Assembly (NCBI RefSeq): GCF_963921235.1
Contig: NC_086108.1
Coordinates: 49,664,001 to 49,728,000, forward strand
Origin: Mobula hypostoma
Lineage: Eukaryota
Length of the DNA: 64,000 bases
Direction: 5' to 3'
A program made the translations under genes and the position numbers. Within the stretch, counting starts at the first letter, position 1. Each line of letters starts with the position of its first letter. Positions 1-12,900 of the stretch are shown piece by piece. The notes beneath the pieces were generated by a model. It saw nothing but the letters and a program-made list of their open reading frames with translations, ran no database searches and was not told the origin of the DNA.

Positions 1-415
1 GAGCACAAGTTGCACAGTAAAAGGCAGGACCCTGAAGTGTATTGTAGATTAGGAAGACCTAGGTGTAAAGGGGTGTATAGGTAGAAAGTTCCCTGTAAGT
101 GGTGACACAGATTAGATTGGGTAGTGTGGAAGGTGTTGGGGCATTTGTCTTGCTCCGTCTGTTAGGGCATTGAATAGAAGGGCTGGGATGTCATGTTACA
201 GTTGTACAAAGCACAGGGGAGAATGCACTTGTGCAGTTCCCATCACCTAACTATTTGAAGGACGCCATGAAGCTAGAAAAGGAGCAGAGAACTTCACAAG
301 GATGTTACTAGGACTGGAGGGCTAGAGTTATCAGTAGAAACGGCACAGCCTAGGGCTTTTTTCCTGGAGTGTAGGAAGTGTAACCTTACAGATATATATA
401 AAACATTCAGGGGCT
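1..415 (+). mobile_element. Decayed CR1 LINE fragment (RT C-terminal region)
   Basis: Similar to better-preserved CR1 copies in this window (agggcattgaatagaagggctgggatgtcatgttacagttgtac...acaaggatgttactaggactggagggc). No intact ORF. Confidence 0.75.
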
Positions 416-799
416 ATCAAAAACAGAATAAACCTTGGAATTCCACAGTGCATGTGACACAGAACTGTGTGGGGCACAAATTAATCTTCAGATAGTGAAA
501 CAAAACTGATTGTTCTTTTGGCACTCTGAGAAATAAAATCAAGTGGTTTAATGAGCTGCTGACTGACCACTAGCTGGTACACACAACCACTTAAATTGAA
601 TTTATATCCCAGTATTTGATTGGACCACAGAGGAAAGTTTCGTTATATGCATGATGAGTCTTTAGCTTGTGAGTTGAGTTTCTAACCTTTAGACTGGTTT
701 TGGCTCTCAATCATCTTTCCGTGTATGTGGTTCACTTTGTCCTAACAGCTATATACAGCCATTGTTCAGTAGCAGAATACAATTACACCCGAAAGGGGG

Positions 800-1270
800 T
801 AAAGAGGTGAATTGCCAGGATGCTCCTTGGATTAGAGAATATGTCTTATAGGGAAAGTTGTGAAAGCTAGTTTCCTTTGGAGTGGAGGAGGATGAGAGGC
901 AACTTGATAGAGGTGTACAAATTTATGAGAGGCAGAGATAGGGTAGATAGCCAGCGCCTTTTTTTAATGCCAGGGCAGCACTGGCTAATACCAGAAGACA
1001 TTTGTTTTAGGTGAGTGGAGGAAAATTTAGGGGAAGTGTCATAGGTAGGTTTTTTTGTTACACAGAGTGGTGGGTGCCTGGTACACACTGCCGGAGCTGG
1101 GATGTGATGGAGGTTGATACAATAGGACTCTTCAGCAGGCACATGGATGTACAAAATACGGAAGGTTATGGACGCGTAGGGGGAAAGGATTAAATTGATC
1201 GGGGAGTAAGTTTATATAGGATGGCACCACATCATGGGCCATAGGGTGTATACTGTTCTGTATTGTTCAG
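800..1270 (+). mobile_element. CR1 LINE 3' end fragment
   Basis: ttgatagaggtgtacaaatttatgagaggcagagatagggtagatagccagcgcc parallels the 'VYKVLRGIDRVDSQRLFP' end of the CR1 at 23619-23960, followed by the tail gtatactgttctgtattgttc. Confidence 0.8.
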
Positions 1271-1404
1271 TGGAGGGAGCCAAAAATAGCACCTGATCAT
1301 TCTACACACAAATGCCTATGTTATCAATAATCCACATACACTTTTCACAAAGTGGAATGTGCTCCAGTGACAGGAATACAAATTCAGTATTAGTTAAAAT
1401 TATG

Positions 1405-1714
1405 GAATAGAATCAGAATCAGATTTAATATCACCAGTCTACTTCATGTTCTGCAGCAGCAGGACATAATAATTAAAACTACAAATTACTGTGAGAAGTG
1501 TATATTTTAAAAGAAATTAAATTACATAAGTAATGCAAAAAGACAGCAATAAAAAAAATAGTGAGGTAGTGTTCTTGGGTTTATTGTCCATCCAGAAATC
1601 TGATGGCAGAGGGGAAGAGCTGTTCCTGAAACACTGAATGTCTGTCTTCAGGCTCCTGTGACTCCACCTTGATGGTAGCAATGTCCTGGGTAACTGGGTC
1701 CTGAATGATGGATG
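1405..1714 (-). mobile_element. Rex1/Babar-type LINE 3' end fragment
   Basis: (agaatc)n tail and ctgatggcagaggggaagagctgttcctgaa...tcctgaatgatggatg, similar to the other Rex1-type 3' ends here (e.g. 19240-19700, 53452-53700). Confidence 0.65.
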
Positions 1715-2334
1715 AAGAGTACTTACCGTAGAATTTTACTGTGATTTGGCTTGCTGAAGCCACATCATTGTTATCCTTGCTGACAAATCCTTGCCAAAGT
1801 ATCACTTCTCAAAGATTAACTGATTACTGTTATATATATTAGGAATAGGAAGCAGGAAGTTGTCTTGGGCTCTGTCTTTGCAGTGTTACAGCCCAGTTAT
1901 CAGTGGGCATTGTGAGTAAATGTGCAGCGTTGTTACCCTCAGCGGTTTAAATCCCACTACCTAAGGTTGCAGCCCTACCCAAATTCAGCAGTTAGAGCAT
2001 TTTCTCCAGTGGGTGACCATATCTTTTATGTTAGGCCTTAATATGGCTGAACAACTTCACCAATCTTTGTATTAGAATTTGTTCCTGCCACCATCCCCAG
2101 AACCACACCACCCACTAAACAGTGTGGATACTCTCTCTAAAGAAACACCTCGGGCCAAGAATGCAAGGTTATGAACGGTTTGCCTGGAGCTGCAGAATTG
2201 ACTGTAAATGATTAACCATGTGTCTTCTGCAGTTTCCTACCCAGGAGCTATTGGCTTCTACTCAACATTATACACAATAATTTAGCTCTAAGGATGGGTA
2301 TGGCATTAATAACACTAATTGTGGGCTTCTTATG

Positions 2335-2675
2335 TAAACATAGAACAGTACAGCACAGTACAGGCCCTTCAGCACCTGTTACGCCGACTTTTTAATGTAC
2401 TCTAAGATCTGTCCAATACCCCCCTCCCATATACTGTAGCATTCCACTTTCCCATCATCCATGTGCCTATCTAAGAGCTTCTTAAATGTCCTTAATGTAT
2501 CTCCTCTACCACTACTCCTGGCAGGCTGTTTCATGTGCCCACCACTCAGTGTAAAATTCCTAGCTCTAACACCCCCCCCATACTTTCCTCAAATCACCTT
2601 CAGATAATGCCTCCTCGTGTTAGCCACTTCAACCCTGGGAACAAGTCTCTGTTTGTCCACTTGATCTATGCCTCT
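2335..2675 (-). mobile_element. CR1 LINE 3' end fragment
   Basis: aacatagaacagtacagcacagtacaggcccttc tail, nearly identical to 23625-23665. Confidence 0.85.
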
Positions 2676-4351
2676 TTAAATATTTAACATACTCTTACTA
2701 GGAGCCCATATGCGGTATTTTTCAGTTACTATAAATCCTTTTAAAGTTATTGAATTAATCTGTATCAAAATAGGACAGCAGGAATATCATTAGAGCATTT
2801 TAAACATTCCTGCTTGAAGGTCACAGTGGTGATTTATAACCTCAAGTGAATTAGCCTTGGGCAATTTGGACGTTGTACAAACCTTTACTTTGGCACAGGA
2901 CTGAACTTGCAGAAATAGAATAAAGTTCAGGTCAATGCAGAAAACAACTAAGAATAAAAGATGAACGTATCTAACAATAACACATCACAAATGAGGTACT
3001 GATTTTATTTAGTTTTCACTGAACAATACAAAATTGCCTCTGATGTTGGAACTAATTTGGTTGTGAAAGGTGTTTGGAGAAGGTTAGAGCGCCACCTAGG
3101 GTACGTCACCAGCTTGCACATGAATAAATATTTGCTGCTCCGCACTATGAATATGCAAGCAGGACATAATTATGGTAAAACAGAGGGACTGCAGAGTCAA
3201 TCATAAACAAGGACACATTTTCACTGATGGAATGAAATGTCTGTGTCCGGCCCCAGAATTCTGTGACTGGGAGCCACTGACTGATTATTCGGGGAGAGGG
3301 AATCCTCCAGCACAGAAATGGGCCATTCAGCCCTTCACATTTATGCTGGTGTCATCCTTCACATCAACAACCTGGTCTAATCCCATTCGCTTATTGGACT
3401 CCCTCTCTTTACAACGTTCTGCTCTGAAGCAAAGATCTAAGGCATTATCTGAAGATTTCAATGGCCTCTGATTCACCTCCATTTCATGACTAATAATACC
3501 ATATTGAACCGCTGACGCAAAACCATTTCTTTTTTCAGTATTCCCCTTGACTCTTTTTATAAGCACCCAAAGATTGTGCCCTCTCACCAATCATCACAAC
3601 AGACCACCACCAGCTCATCAAAGTTCTTCAGAGTGGGATCTGCTGCCACATATTTATTGTAATTAACTCTTGCTCCATGTAGGCAGTGTCAGAGCCAAAC
3701 GATGAGACTGACTACCAACAAAGTTCCTGGCATAAAAACTATCTGGAGGCCTTTGGCAGAATACTGTGGTCCATCTAGACTGCTGGATCAGCTGTTAATA
3801 TATGTTACAAAGTCTCTTCAGAATACTTAAATAATTAAAGTGATAACAGAAAAAAATTAAACAATTTAAAACATTTCAAACATTAAAATATAAACAATTA
3901 AGACAAACTACTTAGTTATTTTTTGCAGATCTCAATACCCATTCAGATCAATGAATACACAGCAATTGTTAGGATCCCCAATATACACACTGGAGATTCC
4001 TACAGAAATCCTGCTGGGTTATTGATTCCATAGAGATTCAAGTATCAGCAAGCAGATCGAAATGGTCAATGCAAAGCCATTTCTCATTGAAATGATCAAT
4101 AAGTTTGGAACATTTTTGTTCACACAGGAGTCACAGAACTTGTAACTACTTGTGCTGTGAAATGACTTGTAAACTCCAAACCTGTAAATTAGGTCAGGCA
4201 TAACCAGAGCTTTGGAAGCCCATGTTAATTAATCTCACCAAGTGCTTAGAAATCCTGTTACAGAGGAGAGGAGTTGAAGATCTACTTGTTTGGCTAATTT
4301 TGCCTTGGACAACTATAGTGTCTTAAAACTGGGCCCTGTACACTGTTGGCT

Positions 4352-4590
4352 TTCATAGAACATAAAGCTCGGGAATAGATCCTTTGGCCTACGATGATTG
4401 TGCTGACCACGATGCTGATTTAAACTAATCCCATCTGCCTGCACATGGTCCATACCCTTCGATCGCATCTGCTCATGTGCCTGCCTAACCGCCTCTTAAA
4501 TGTTCCTGTTGAATCTGCTTCCACCTCCTCCCCTGCATTGTATTCCCCTGCATCGTATTCCCAGCACCTCTGTGTAAAAAACTGATCTTC
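4352..4590 (-). mobile_element. CR1 LINE 3' end fragment (decayed)
   Basis: catagaacata tail and taatcccatctgcctgcacatggtccatacc...ctcttaaatg...tctgcttccacc. Confidence 0.7.
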
Positions 4591-4599
4591 TCTCCACTG

Positions 4600-5737
4600 C
4601 AGTCAGAGTGGTGAGTTTACTAGAATACTCACCTGCATGTGATAAGTACCTCACTCTGAAAACTCGCCTATTTCAGACTTTTCAGACTGTCTGAGTCTGA
4701 GCGCGCCAAACCATTACTGTCCTTGCCTGGCTTGGGTGATGCTAGGCCTTCAGAACTAATGGACCACATGCTCGGTTCAGCATCCTATCTAATATTCTTC
4801 TGACTGCGGTCCCCAAATCACATCAGACTGCTGGGCCATAATGATCTAGAACCCTGGTGTTAAATTCTTCTCACCTGCAGTCTAATGGCCTGTGCGACCA
4901 GTTTCACCGTTCCTTAAAGTCTGCTCATGATGGATGAGTGTCGGCACAATCGTCTCCCATGGGTCCTGCTGGGGCTCTGAAGAGCTCGAAAAGAGGACCT
5001 GCAGTCCTCCGCAGCTGAGTTGGAGTAGGGTGCAGGGGTGATTTTTTGCTTGGTCGGCACCGCAGCAGCATTGCATGCTCCTCAGTAAACTCTGACATTA
5101 TTCCTACTTCCCGGAATGATGTACAGCACTCTTGGTTCCAGCTGACCTAGGTTCTACCGCATTTGTTTTTGTCCGCCATGATGCACATCAACACCCCCTT
5201 AAGCACCCTTACGATGGCCTGTTCTGCATCTTGGAATGGGGTGAAAAGACTTTTACTGTAGATAGGGAAGGTAAAGCTGAATATATTTCTGTATATCGCT
5301 ATAAACCGGCCCACCAAGACCTGGATGATTCCACTACCAGACTCCTTGCATCACAGCATGACAATGTGTGTGCCAGTACCCCCTGGACGAGACAGAGGCA
5401 CCTGCTGTTGATCCAGTGAAGGGACACAGGATCCAAGCTGAGAGGCTCGAACGAGCTCCAGACAGATTCGGTTTGGGTGAATTCTGGGTGGGGATGGCCT
5501 GTGTAGAGTAGTGTAATGGGTGACAGATGACACATATTGTTCATAATGGAAACTGTTTTACATAATTCACAAACACTGTCATTGAATTACCGGTTCAATT
5601 TAAGAGACGGTGTCTGACATAATGACGTCAGTGTATGGCGACTGCTTTTAGTTTTGTTTGTAATGGAAGTAAAGGGCTGCGGCTTTGGTTAAGCAAATAA
5701 AACAACTTGCATGCTTTATTCACAAAATCCTACAACA
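4600..5737 (+). mobile_element. Internally deleted Ty3/Gypsy LTR retrotransposon remnant (gag piece, integrase C-terminus, PPT, 3' LTR)
   Basis: Frame-broken gag-like KYLTLKTRL..SESERAK..LSLPGLGDARPSELMDHML (about 4645-4775). Integrase motifs SNGLC..FHRSLKSA / LPWVLLGL / KEDLQSSAAEL (4881-5025). ORF 5132-5419 FVFVRHDAHQHPLKHPYDG..KTFTVD..YISVYRYKPAH. G-rich tract near 5485-5497, then a TG-starting LTR-like segment with aataaa ending ...ctacaaca. Confidence 0.8.
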
Positions 5738-5859
5738 ATATGAATACAAACTCAGCCATGTCACAGAAATTATTGGGGGTCTGGGAACCTTTAAGTATGT
5801 TCCAAGTCACTGCAAGTGAAATCTAAAAACAATGCTGATGTATAAAATCAGAATTAAAA

Positions 5860-6620
5860 ACAGAAAATGCTGGAAACACTCATTAGATTAGGCAGCACCT
5901 GTGGAGTGAGAAACAGGATTGGTGTTTCAGGTCAAAGACTCCAGTCAGAACTGGAGAGGAGAGAAGATAAGTTAATTTTACGGTGCAGAGAAGGCAGGGA
6001 AAATATCAGACAAAGTGAATCTCTCTCATAGTGTGAGAGCAGGAATGCTTTGGGGGGATAAGCTGTACAGGGTATGCCAGTCATTGGGTAGAAAGTGACA
6101 AATAAGTGAAAGTTATGAAATTATGGTCATTAGAGAATGTGCATACTAACAAAGGAATATAAAAAATTGTGAAACGCAGGACATACCCAGTCTCTCAGCT
6201 CTGTTAATGGACAGAGGGAAAGCTGAAACAATATCACGAATGACAACTTCCAACAGAAAGAGCCAGTTTTCATACCAACAGAGCAAGTGACCCAAAGTTG
6301 TAGAATTCAATATTTCATTTTGAAGGGACTGTTCTCTTTGCTATCCTCTCCATCTCCACCAACTCCTCTTCTGGTGGCACTTTCCCACATACAGGGAATT
6401 TATCTCTTGCTCTCTTCTTCAAAAACTCCTGTTCTTCAGCCTCAAACATTGAACCTGTAGGCTTCAACATGCCCCAAACAACAAGTTGCTATTCCTCAGG
6501 CTCATGTTGAACCTTGCTAAACAGTGCAGACAGATACTGTAGGTCAGAGTGGAATGGTGTGGAAAATTGAAGAGGCAAGCAACTGGGAACTCTGAGCCAC
6601 CTCTGCAGATTGATTACCAA
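5860..6620 (-). mobile_element. Decayed Penelope-like element 3' region
   Basis: cagaaaatgctggaaacactca...ggcagcacctgtggag...gtgtttcaggtcaaagact matches the PLE terminal segment at 26640-26740 and 59870-60005. GIY-YIG C-terminal remnant at about 6470-6600. Confidence 0.65.
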
Positions 6621-6724
6621 CTAATTGACATTCAATCTAATTTTTTTCTGATCACATTAAGTACAACAAATATAGTCATGTAGGGAACACTTTGCATTTA
6701 GTTATCATAATGCCATCAGTTTCA

Positions 6725-8570
6725 AGGTAATTATGGGAAAGGATGGATCTGGTCCTCAGGTTGAGATACTAAATTGAAAGGCCAATTTTGACGGTATCAG
6801 GAAGGATCTGGCAAATGTGGATTGGGACAGGTTGTTTTCTGGCAAAGGTGTACTTGGTAAATGCGAGGCCTTCAAAAGTGAAATTTTGAGAGTACAGAGT
6901 TCGTACGTTCCTGTCAGAACAAAAAGCAAGGAGAACAGGTTTACAGAACCTTGGTTTTCAAGATATTGAAGCCCTGGTTAAGAAAAAGGAGGAGGTGCAT
7001 AGCAGGTATAGTCAGACAGGAACAAATAAGATACTTGAGGAGCATAAGAAATGCAAGAGAACACTTAAGAAGGAAATCAGGAAGGCTAAAAGAAGACACG
7101 AGGTTGCTCTACCACTCGAGATGAGAGAGAATCCTAAGGGCTCCTGCAGATATTAAGAGCAAAAGGACAGCAAGGGACAAAATTGATCCTCGAGAAGATC
7201 AGAGTGGCAATCTATGTGTGGAGCTGAAAGAGATGGAGAAGATCTTAAATGGAATTTTTGTCTCTGTATTTATTTGGGAGATGGACACAGAGTCTACAGA
7301 TGTGTGGCAAAGCAGCAGTGATGTCATGAAGCCAATGCAATTTAGAGAGGAGCAGGTGCTTTCTGACGAGGCTAATTAGGGTGCACAAATCATCAGGGCC
7401 CGACAATGTGTTCCCTCAGACTCTGTGTGAGGCTCGTGCAGAAATTGCAGGGGCCCTAGCAGAGATATTTAAAATATCCTAAGCCACGGATGAAGTGTTG
7501 GAGGTTTGGAGGAGAGTTAATATTATCCGTTATTTCAGAAAGACTCTAAGAATAAATCAGGAAACTAAAGGCCAGTAAGCCTGACATCAGTTGTGAGAAG
7601 GTTATTGGACAGTATTCTAAGGGATAGATATACAAGTATTTTGATAGAAAGGGACTGATTATGTATAGTCAACATGGCTCTGTGCATGGTAAGTCACATC
7701 TAACAAACCTTATAGAATTTTTCAAGGAGATAACCAGGAAAGGTGATATAGGTAAGGCAGTGGATGGAGTCTACATGGACTTTAGCAAGGCCTTTGACAA
7801 GGTCCCACATGGGAGGTTGGTCAAGAAGGTTCAGTTGCTTGACAATGAAGATGTGGTAGTAGATTAGATTAGACATTAGTTTCACCAAAATAGCCAAAGA
7901 GTGATTGTATATTGGAGACCTGTGACTGGTGCTGCGCTGCAGGGATCTATGTTGGGTCCATCATCATTTGTCATCTATATCAATGATCTGAATAATAATA
8001 TGAAAACTTTATCAGCAAATTTATGAATGGCACGAAGATAGGTGGTGTAATGGACAGCAAGGAAGACTATCAAAGCTTGCAGTGGGATCTGGACCATTTG
8101 GTTAAATGGGCTGAAAAAGTGCAGATAGAAGGAATTTAATGCAGACAAGCCTCAGGTGGACCAACCAGGGTAGGTCTTACACAGTGAACAGTAGGGCACT
8201 GAGGAGTGTGGTAGAGTAGAGGGATCTGGGATATGTTGAAATTGTTTAAGACATTGGTGAGGCCTAATTTGGATTACTGTGTCTGGTTTTGGTCATCTAC
8301 CTACCGGAAAGATATAAATAAGATTGAAAGAATGCACAGAAATTTACAAGGATGTTGCTGGGACTTGAGGACCTGAGTTATAAGGAAAGGTTGAATACTG
8401 AGGGGAAATTTGAATGAGGTTTACAAGATTATGAGGTGTATAGGTAGGGTATGTGCAAACAGGCTTTTCCCACTGAGGTTAGGTGAGACTAGAACTAGAG
8501 GTCATGGGTTAAGGATGAAATTTAAGGGGAACCTGAAGGGGAACTTCTTCACTCAGAGGGTGGTCAGTGC
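6725..8570 (+). mobile_element. CR1 LINE ORF2 fragment (endonuclease-RT linker through RT), many stops and frameshifts
   Basis: ORF 7661-7867 SQHGSVHGKSHLTNLIEFF...VYMDFSKAFDKVPHGRL. ORF 8410+ VYKIMRCIGRV..NRLFP...FFTQRVV. Confidence 0.9.
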
Positions 8571-8579
8571 AAGTGGAGG

Positions 8580-9215
8580 ATGCTCCCGGTGCAGCCTCCT
8601 CTACATCAGTGAAACCCGACGCAGATTGGGGGACCGCTTCATCGAGCACCTCCGCTCCATCCGCCACAACAGACAGGATCTCCCAGTAGCCACCCACTTC
8701 AACTCTGCTTCCCACTCCCATTCAGATATGTCTATACATGGCCTCCTCTACTGCCATGATGAGGCTAAACTCAGGTTGGAGGAGCAACACCTCATATACC
8801 GTCTAGGTAGTCTCCAGCCCCTTGGTATGAACATAGAATTTTCCAACTTCCGGTAATTCCTCCCCCCCGCTCACTTCTCCTATCCCTATGTCACTCTGCC
8901 CCCTCCCCCAGCTGCCTATCACCTCCCTCATGGTTCCGCCTCCTTCTACTACCCATTGTGTTTTCCCCTATTTCTTCTTCACCTTTCCTGCCTATCACCT
9001 CCCTGCCTCCCCTCCCCCACCCCTTTATCTTTCCCTTTACTGGTTTTTCACCTGGAACCTACCAGCCTTCTCCTTCCAACCCTCCCCCACCTTCTTTATA
9101 GGGCCTCTGCCCCTTCCCTCTTCAGTCCTGACGAAGGGTTCCGGCCCAAAACGTTGACTGATCTTTTCCACGGATGCAGCCGACCTGCTGAGTTCCTCCA
9201 GCATGTTGTGAGTGT
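8580..9215 (+). mobile_element. Penelope-like element, 5'-truncated (GIY-YIG endonuclease C-terminus, pyrimidine-rich 3' UTR, terminal repeat with ribozyme motif)
   Basis: CSRCSLLYISETRRRLGDRFIEHLRSI...VATHFN...RLEEQHLIYRLGSLQPLGMNIEFSNFR* (stop ends 8856), closely similar to 27030-27356. Confidence 0.9.
9122..9161 (+). ncRNA. Hammerhead ribozyme motif (PLE-associated, core mutated)
   Basis: tcagtc-CTGACGA-agggttccggccc-aAAA-cgtt-gactga: 6-bp stem I (tcagtc/gactga), but GAAA>AAAA and GUC>GUU. Confidence 0.6.
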
Positions 9216-9229
9216 CACTGTCCCAGTGA

Positions 9230-9790
9230 CTGTGGTGGCTGGGTATTCATTAGCCTCACTGCCTGGGGGAAGAAGCTTTTACTGGCAGTTCTAATCCTAA
9301 TGCTCCTGCACCTCGTTCCTGATGGCAGTGGCTCAAAGAGTTTGTGGGACGGGTGGTAGGGATCCTCAGCAATGAGTGTTGCTTTGATGCTAGCATCTGC
9401 AGATTATTTTGTGTTCACTGGGACAGTGAGCTGTTTAATGTTTACCTGTGCTGTGCACTTCACATGCATTTTGAATTATATTTTATTAACTTACAATACT
9501 AGAAACATAGAACATAGAGAACCTACAGCACAATACAGGCCCCTCGACCCACAGAGTTGTGCCGAACATGTCCCTACCTTAGAAATTACTAGGCTTACTT
9601 ATAGCCCTCTGTTTTTCTAAGCTCCATGTACCTATCCAAAAGTCTCTTAAAGACCCTATCGTATCCGCCTCCACCACCGTTGCTGGCAGTATTTGTGGTA
9701 ATATTTTGTTTTATGTACTGTGTGTGATATATGCATTGTGGGTGCAACATGATCTGGAGGAACGTTGTTTCATTTGGTTGTAGCCATGTA
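9230..9790. mobile_element. Rex1/Babar-type LINE 3' pieces (minus-strand piece 9230-9372 joined to a plus-strand 3' UTR), interrupted by a CR1 tail (about 9500-9690, minus)
   Basis: gggtggtagggatcctcagcaatg is a Rex1-type end. agaaacatagaacatagagaacctacagcacaatacaggccctcg is a CR1 tail. Confidence 0.6.
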
Positions 9791-9919
9791 CAACAAAATT
9801 GACCTGGAAGTGGTTAAAGAGCAAGGGAAGCATCTCCTGAATATGGATACGTGCCACATGAAGATAAGTTGGTGGAGATGGAAAAATCAACCAGGGAATG
9901 GCAAAGAAAATGGTCTTTT

Positions 9920-12900
9920 CAAAATGTGCAATTGTGGGGAGGGCTTTACCTGTGATGACGGACTGGGCTGTATTTTACCCGTGACGACGGACTGGACTGC
10001 ATTTTACCCGTGACGACGGACTGGGCTGTATCCATTACATTTTACCCGTGACGATGGACTAGGCTGCATTTTACCCGTGACGACGGACTGGACTGTATCC
10101 ATTACATTTTACCTGTGACGACGGACTGGGCTGTATCCATTACATTTTACCCGTGACGATGGACTAGGCTGCATTTTACCCATGACAACGGGCTGGACTG
10201 TATCCATTACATTTTACCTGTGACGACGGACTGGGCTGTATTTTACCCGTGACGATGGACTGGGCTGTATTTTACCCATGACGATGGACTGGACTGCATT
10301 TTACCTGTGACGACGGACTGGGCTGTATCCATAACATTTTACCCGTGACGATGGACTGGGCTGTATTTTACCCATGACGACGGACTGGGCTGCATCCATT
10401 ACATTTTACCCGTGACGACGGACTGGGCTGCATTTTACCTGTGACGATGGACTGGGCTGTATTTTACCCATGACGACGGACTGGGCTGTATCCATTACAT
10501 TTTACCCGTGACGATGGACTGGGCTGCATTTTACCCGTGACGACAGACTGGGCTGTATCCATTACGTTTTACCCGTGACGACGGACTGGGCTGTATCCAT
10601 TACGTTTTACCCGTGACGATGGACTGGGCTGTATCCATTACATTTTACCCATGACGATGGACTGGGCTGTATCCATTACATTTTACCCATGACGATGGAC
10701 TGGGCTGCATTTTACCCATGACGACGGACTAGGCTGCATCCATTACATTTTACCTGTGACGACGGACTGGGCTGCATTTTACCCGTGACGATGGACTGGG
10801 CTGTATTTTACCCGTGACGATGGACTGGGCTGTATCCATTACATTTTACCCGTGACGACGGACTGGGCTGTATCCATTACATTTTATCCGTGACGACGGA
10901 CTGGGCTGCATTTTACCCGTGACGATGGACTGGGCTGTATTTTACCCGTGATGATGGACTGGGCTGTATTTTACCCGTGACGATGGACTGGGCTGTATCC
11001 ATTACATTTTACCCGTGACGACGGACTGGGCTGTATCCATTACATTTTATCCGTGACGACGGACTGGGCTGCATTTTACCCGTGACGATGGACTGGGCTG
11101 TATTTTACCCGTTACGATGGACTGGGCTGTATCCATTACATTTTACCCGTGACGATGGACTGGGCTGTATCCATTACATTTTAACCGTGACGACGGACTG
11201 GGCTGTATCCATTACATTTTACCCATGACGACGGACTGGGCTGTATTTTACCCGTGATGACGGACTGGACTGTATCCATTACATTTTATCCGTGATGACG
11301 GACTGGGCTGTATTTTACCCATGACAACGGACTGGGCTGTATTTTACCCATGACGATGGACTGGACTGCATTTTACCCGTGACGACGGACTGGACTGTAT
11401 CCATTACATTTTACCCGTGATGACGGACTGGGCTGTATTTTACCCATGACAACGGGCTGGACTGTATCCATTACATTTTACCTGTGACGACGGACTGGGC
11501 TGTATTTTACCCGTGACGACGGACTGGGCTGTATTTTACCCATGACGATGGACTGGACTGCATTTTACCTGTGACGACGGACTGGGCTGTATCCATTACA
11601 TTTTACCCGTGACGATGGACTGGGCTGCATTTTACCCGTGACGACAGACTGGGCTGTATCCATTACGTTTTACCCGTGACGACGGACTGGGCTGTATCCA
11701 TTACGTTTTACCCGTGACGATGGACTGGGCTGTATCCATTACATTTTACCCATGACGATGGACTGGGCTGTATCCATTACATTTTACCCATGACGATGGA
11801 CTGGGCTGCATTTTACCCATGACGACGGACTAGGCTGCATCCATTACATTTTACCTGTGACGACGGACTGGGCTGCATTTTACATGTGACGATGGACTGG
11901 GCTGTATTTTACCCGTGACGATGGACTGGGCTGTATCCATTACATTTTACCCGTGACGACGGACTGGGCTGTATCCATTACATTTTATCCATGACGACGG
12001 ACTGGGCTGCATTTTACCCGTGACGATGGACTGGGCTGTATTTTACCCGTGATGATGGACTGGGCTGTATTTTACCCGTGACGACGGACTGGGCTGTATC
12101 CATTACATTTTACCCGTGACGACGGACTGGGCTGTATCCATTACATTTTATCCGTGACGACGGACTGGGCTGCATTTTACCCGTGACGATGGACTGGGCT
12201 GTATTTTACCCGTTACGATGGACTGGGCTGTATCCATTACATTTTACCCGTGACGATGGACTGGGCTGTATCCATTACATTTTAACCGTGACGACGGACT
12301 GGGCTGTATCCATTACATTTTACCCATGACGACGGACTGGGCTGTATGTTACCCGTGATGACGGACTGGACTGTATCCATTACATTTTACCCGTGATGAC
12401 GGACTGGGCTGTATTTTACCCATGACAACGGACTGGGCTGTATTTTACCCATGACGATGGACTGGACTGCATTTTACCCGTGACGACGGACTGGACTGTA
12501 TCCATTACATTTTACCCGTGATGACGGACTGGGCTGTATTTTACCCATGACAACGGGCTGGACTGTATCCATTACATTTTACCTGTGACGACGGACTGGG
12601 CTGTATTTTACCCGTGACGACGGACTGGGCTGTATTTTACCCATGACGATGGACTGGACTGCATTTTACCTGTGACGACGGACTGGGCTGTATCCATAAC
12701 ATTTTACCCGTGACGATGGACTGGGCTGTATTTTACCCATGACGACGGACTGGGCTGCATCCATTACATTTTACCCGTGACGACGGACTGGGCTGCATTT
12801 TACCTGTGACGATGGACTGGGCTGTATTTTACCCATGACGACGGACTGGGCTGTATCCATTACATTTTACCCGTGACGATGGACTGGGCTGCATTTTACC

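Noticed and set aside
3172..3590. Overlapping 99-aa and 87-aa ORFs
   Set aside because: No domain. The region contains an old CR1/SINE-type tail (cagcacagaaatgggccattcagccc).
8410..8856. 148-aa ORF as a novel CR1-GIY-YIG fusion protein
   Set aside because: Chance in-frame junction of a decayed CR1 end and a truncated PLE near 8570-8580. There is no credible start, and the upstream CR1 is riddled with stops.
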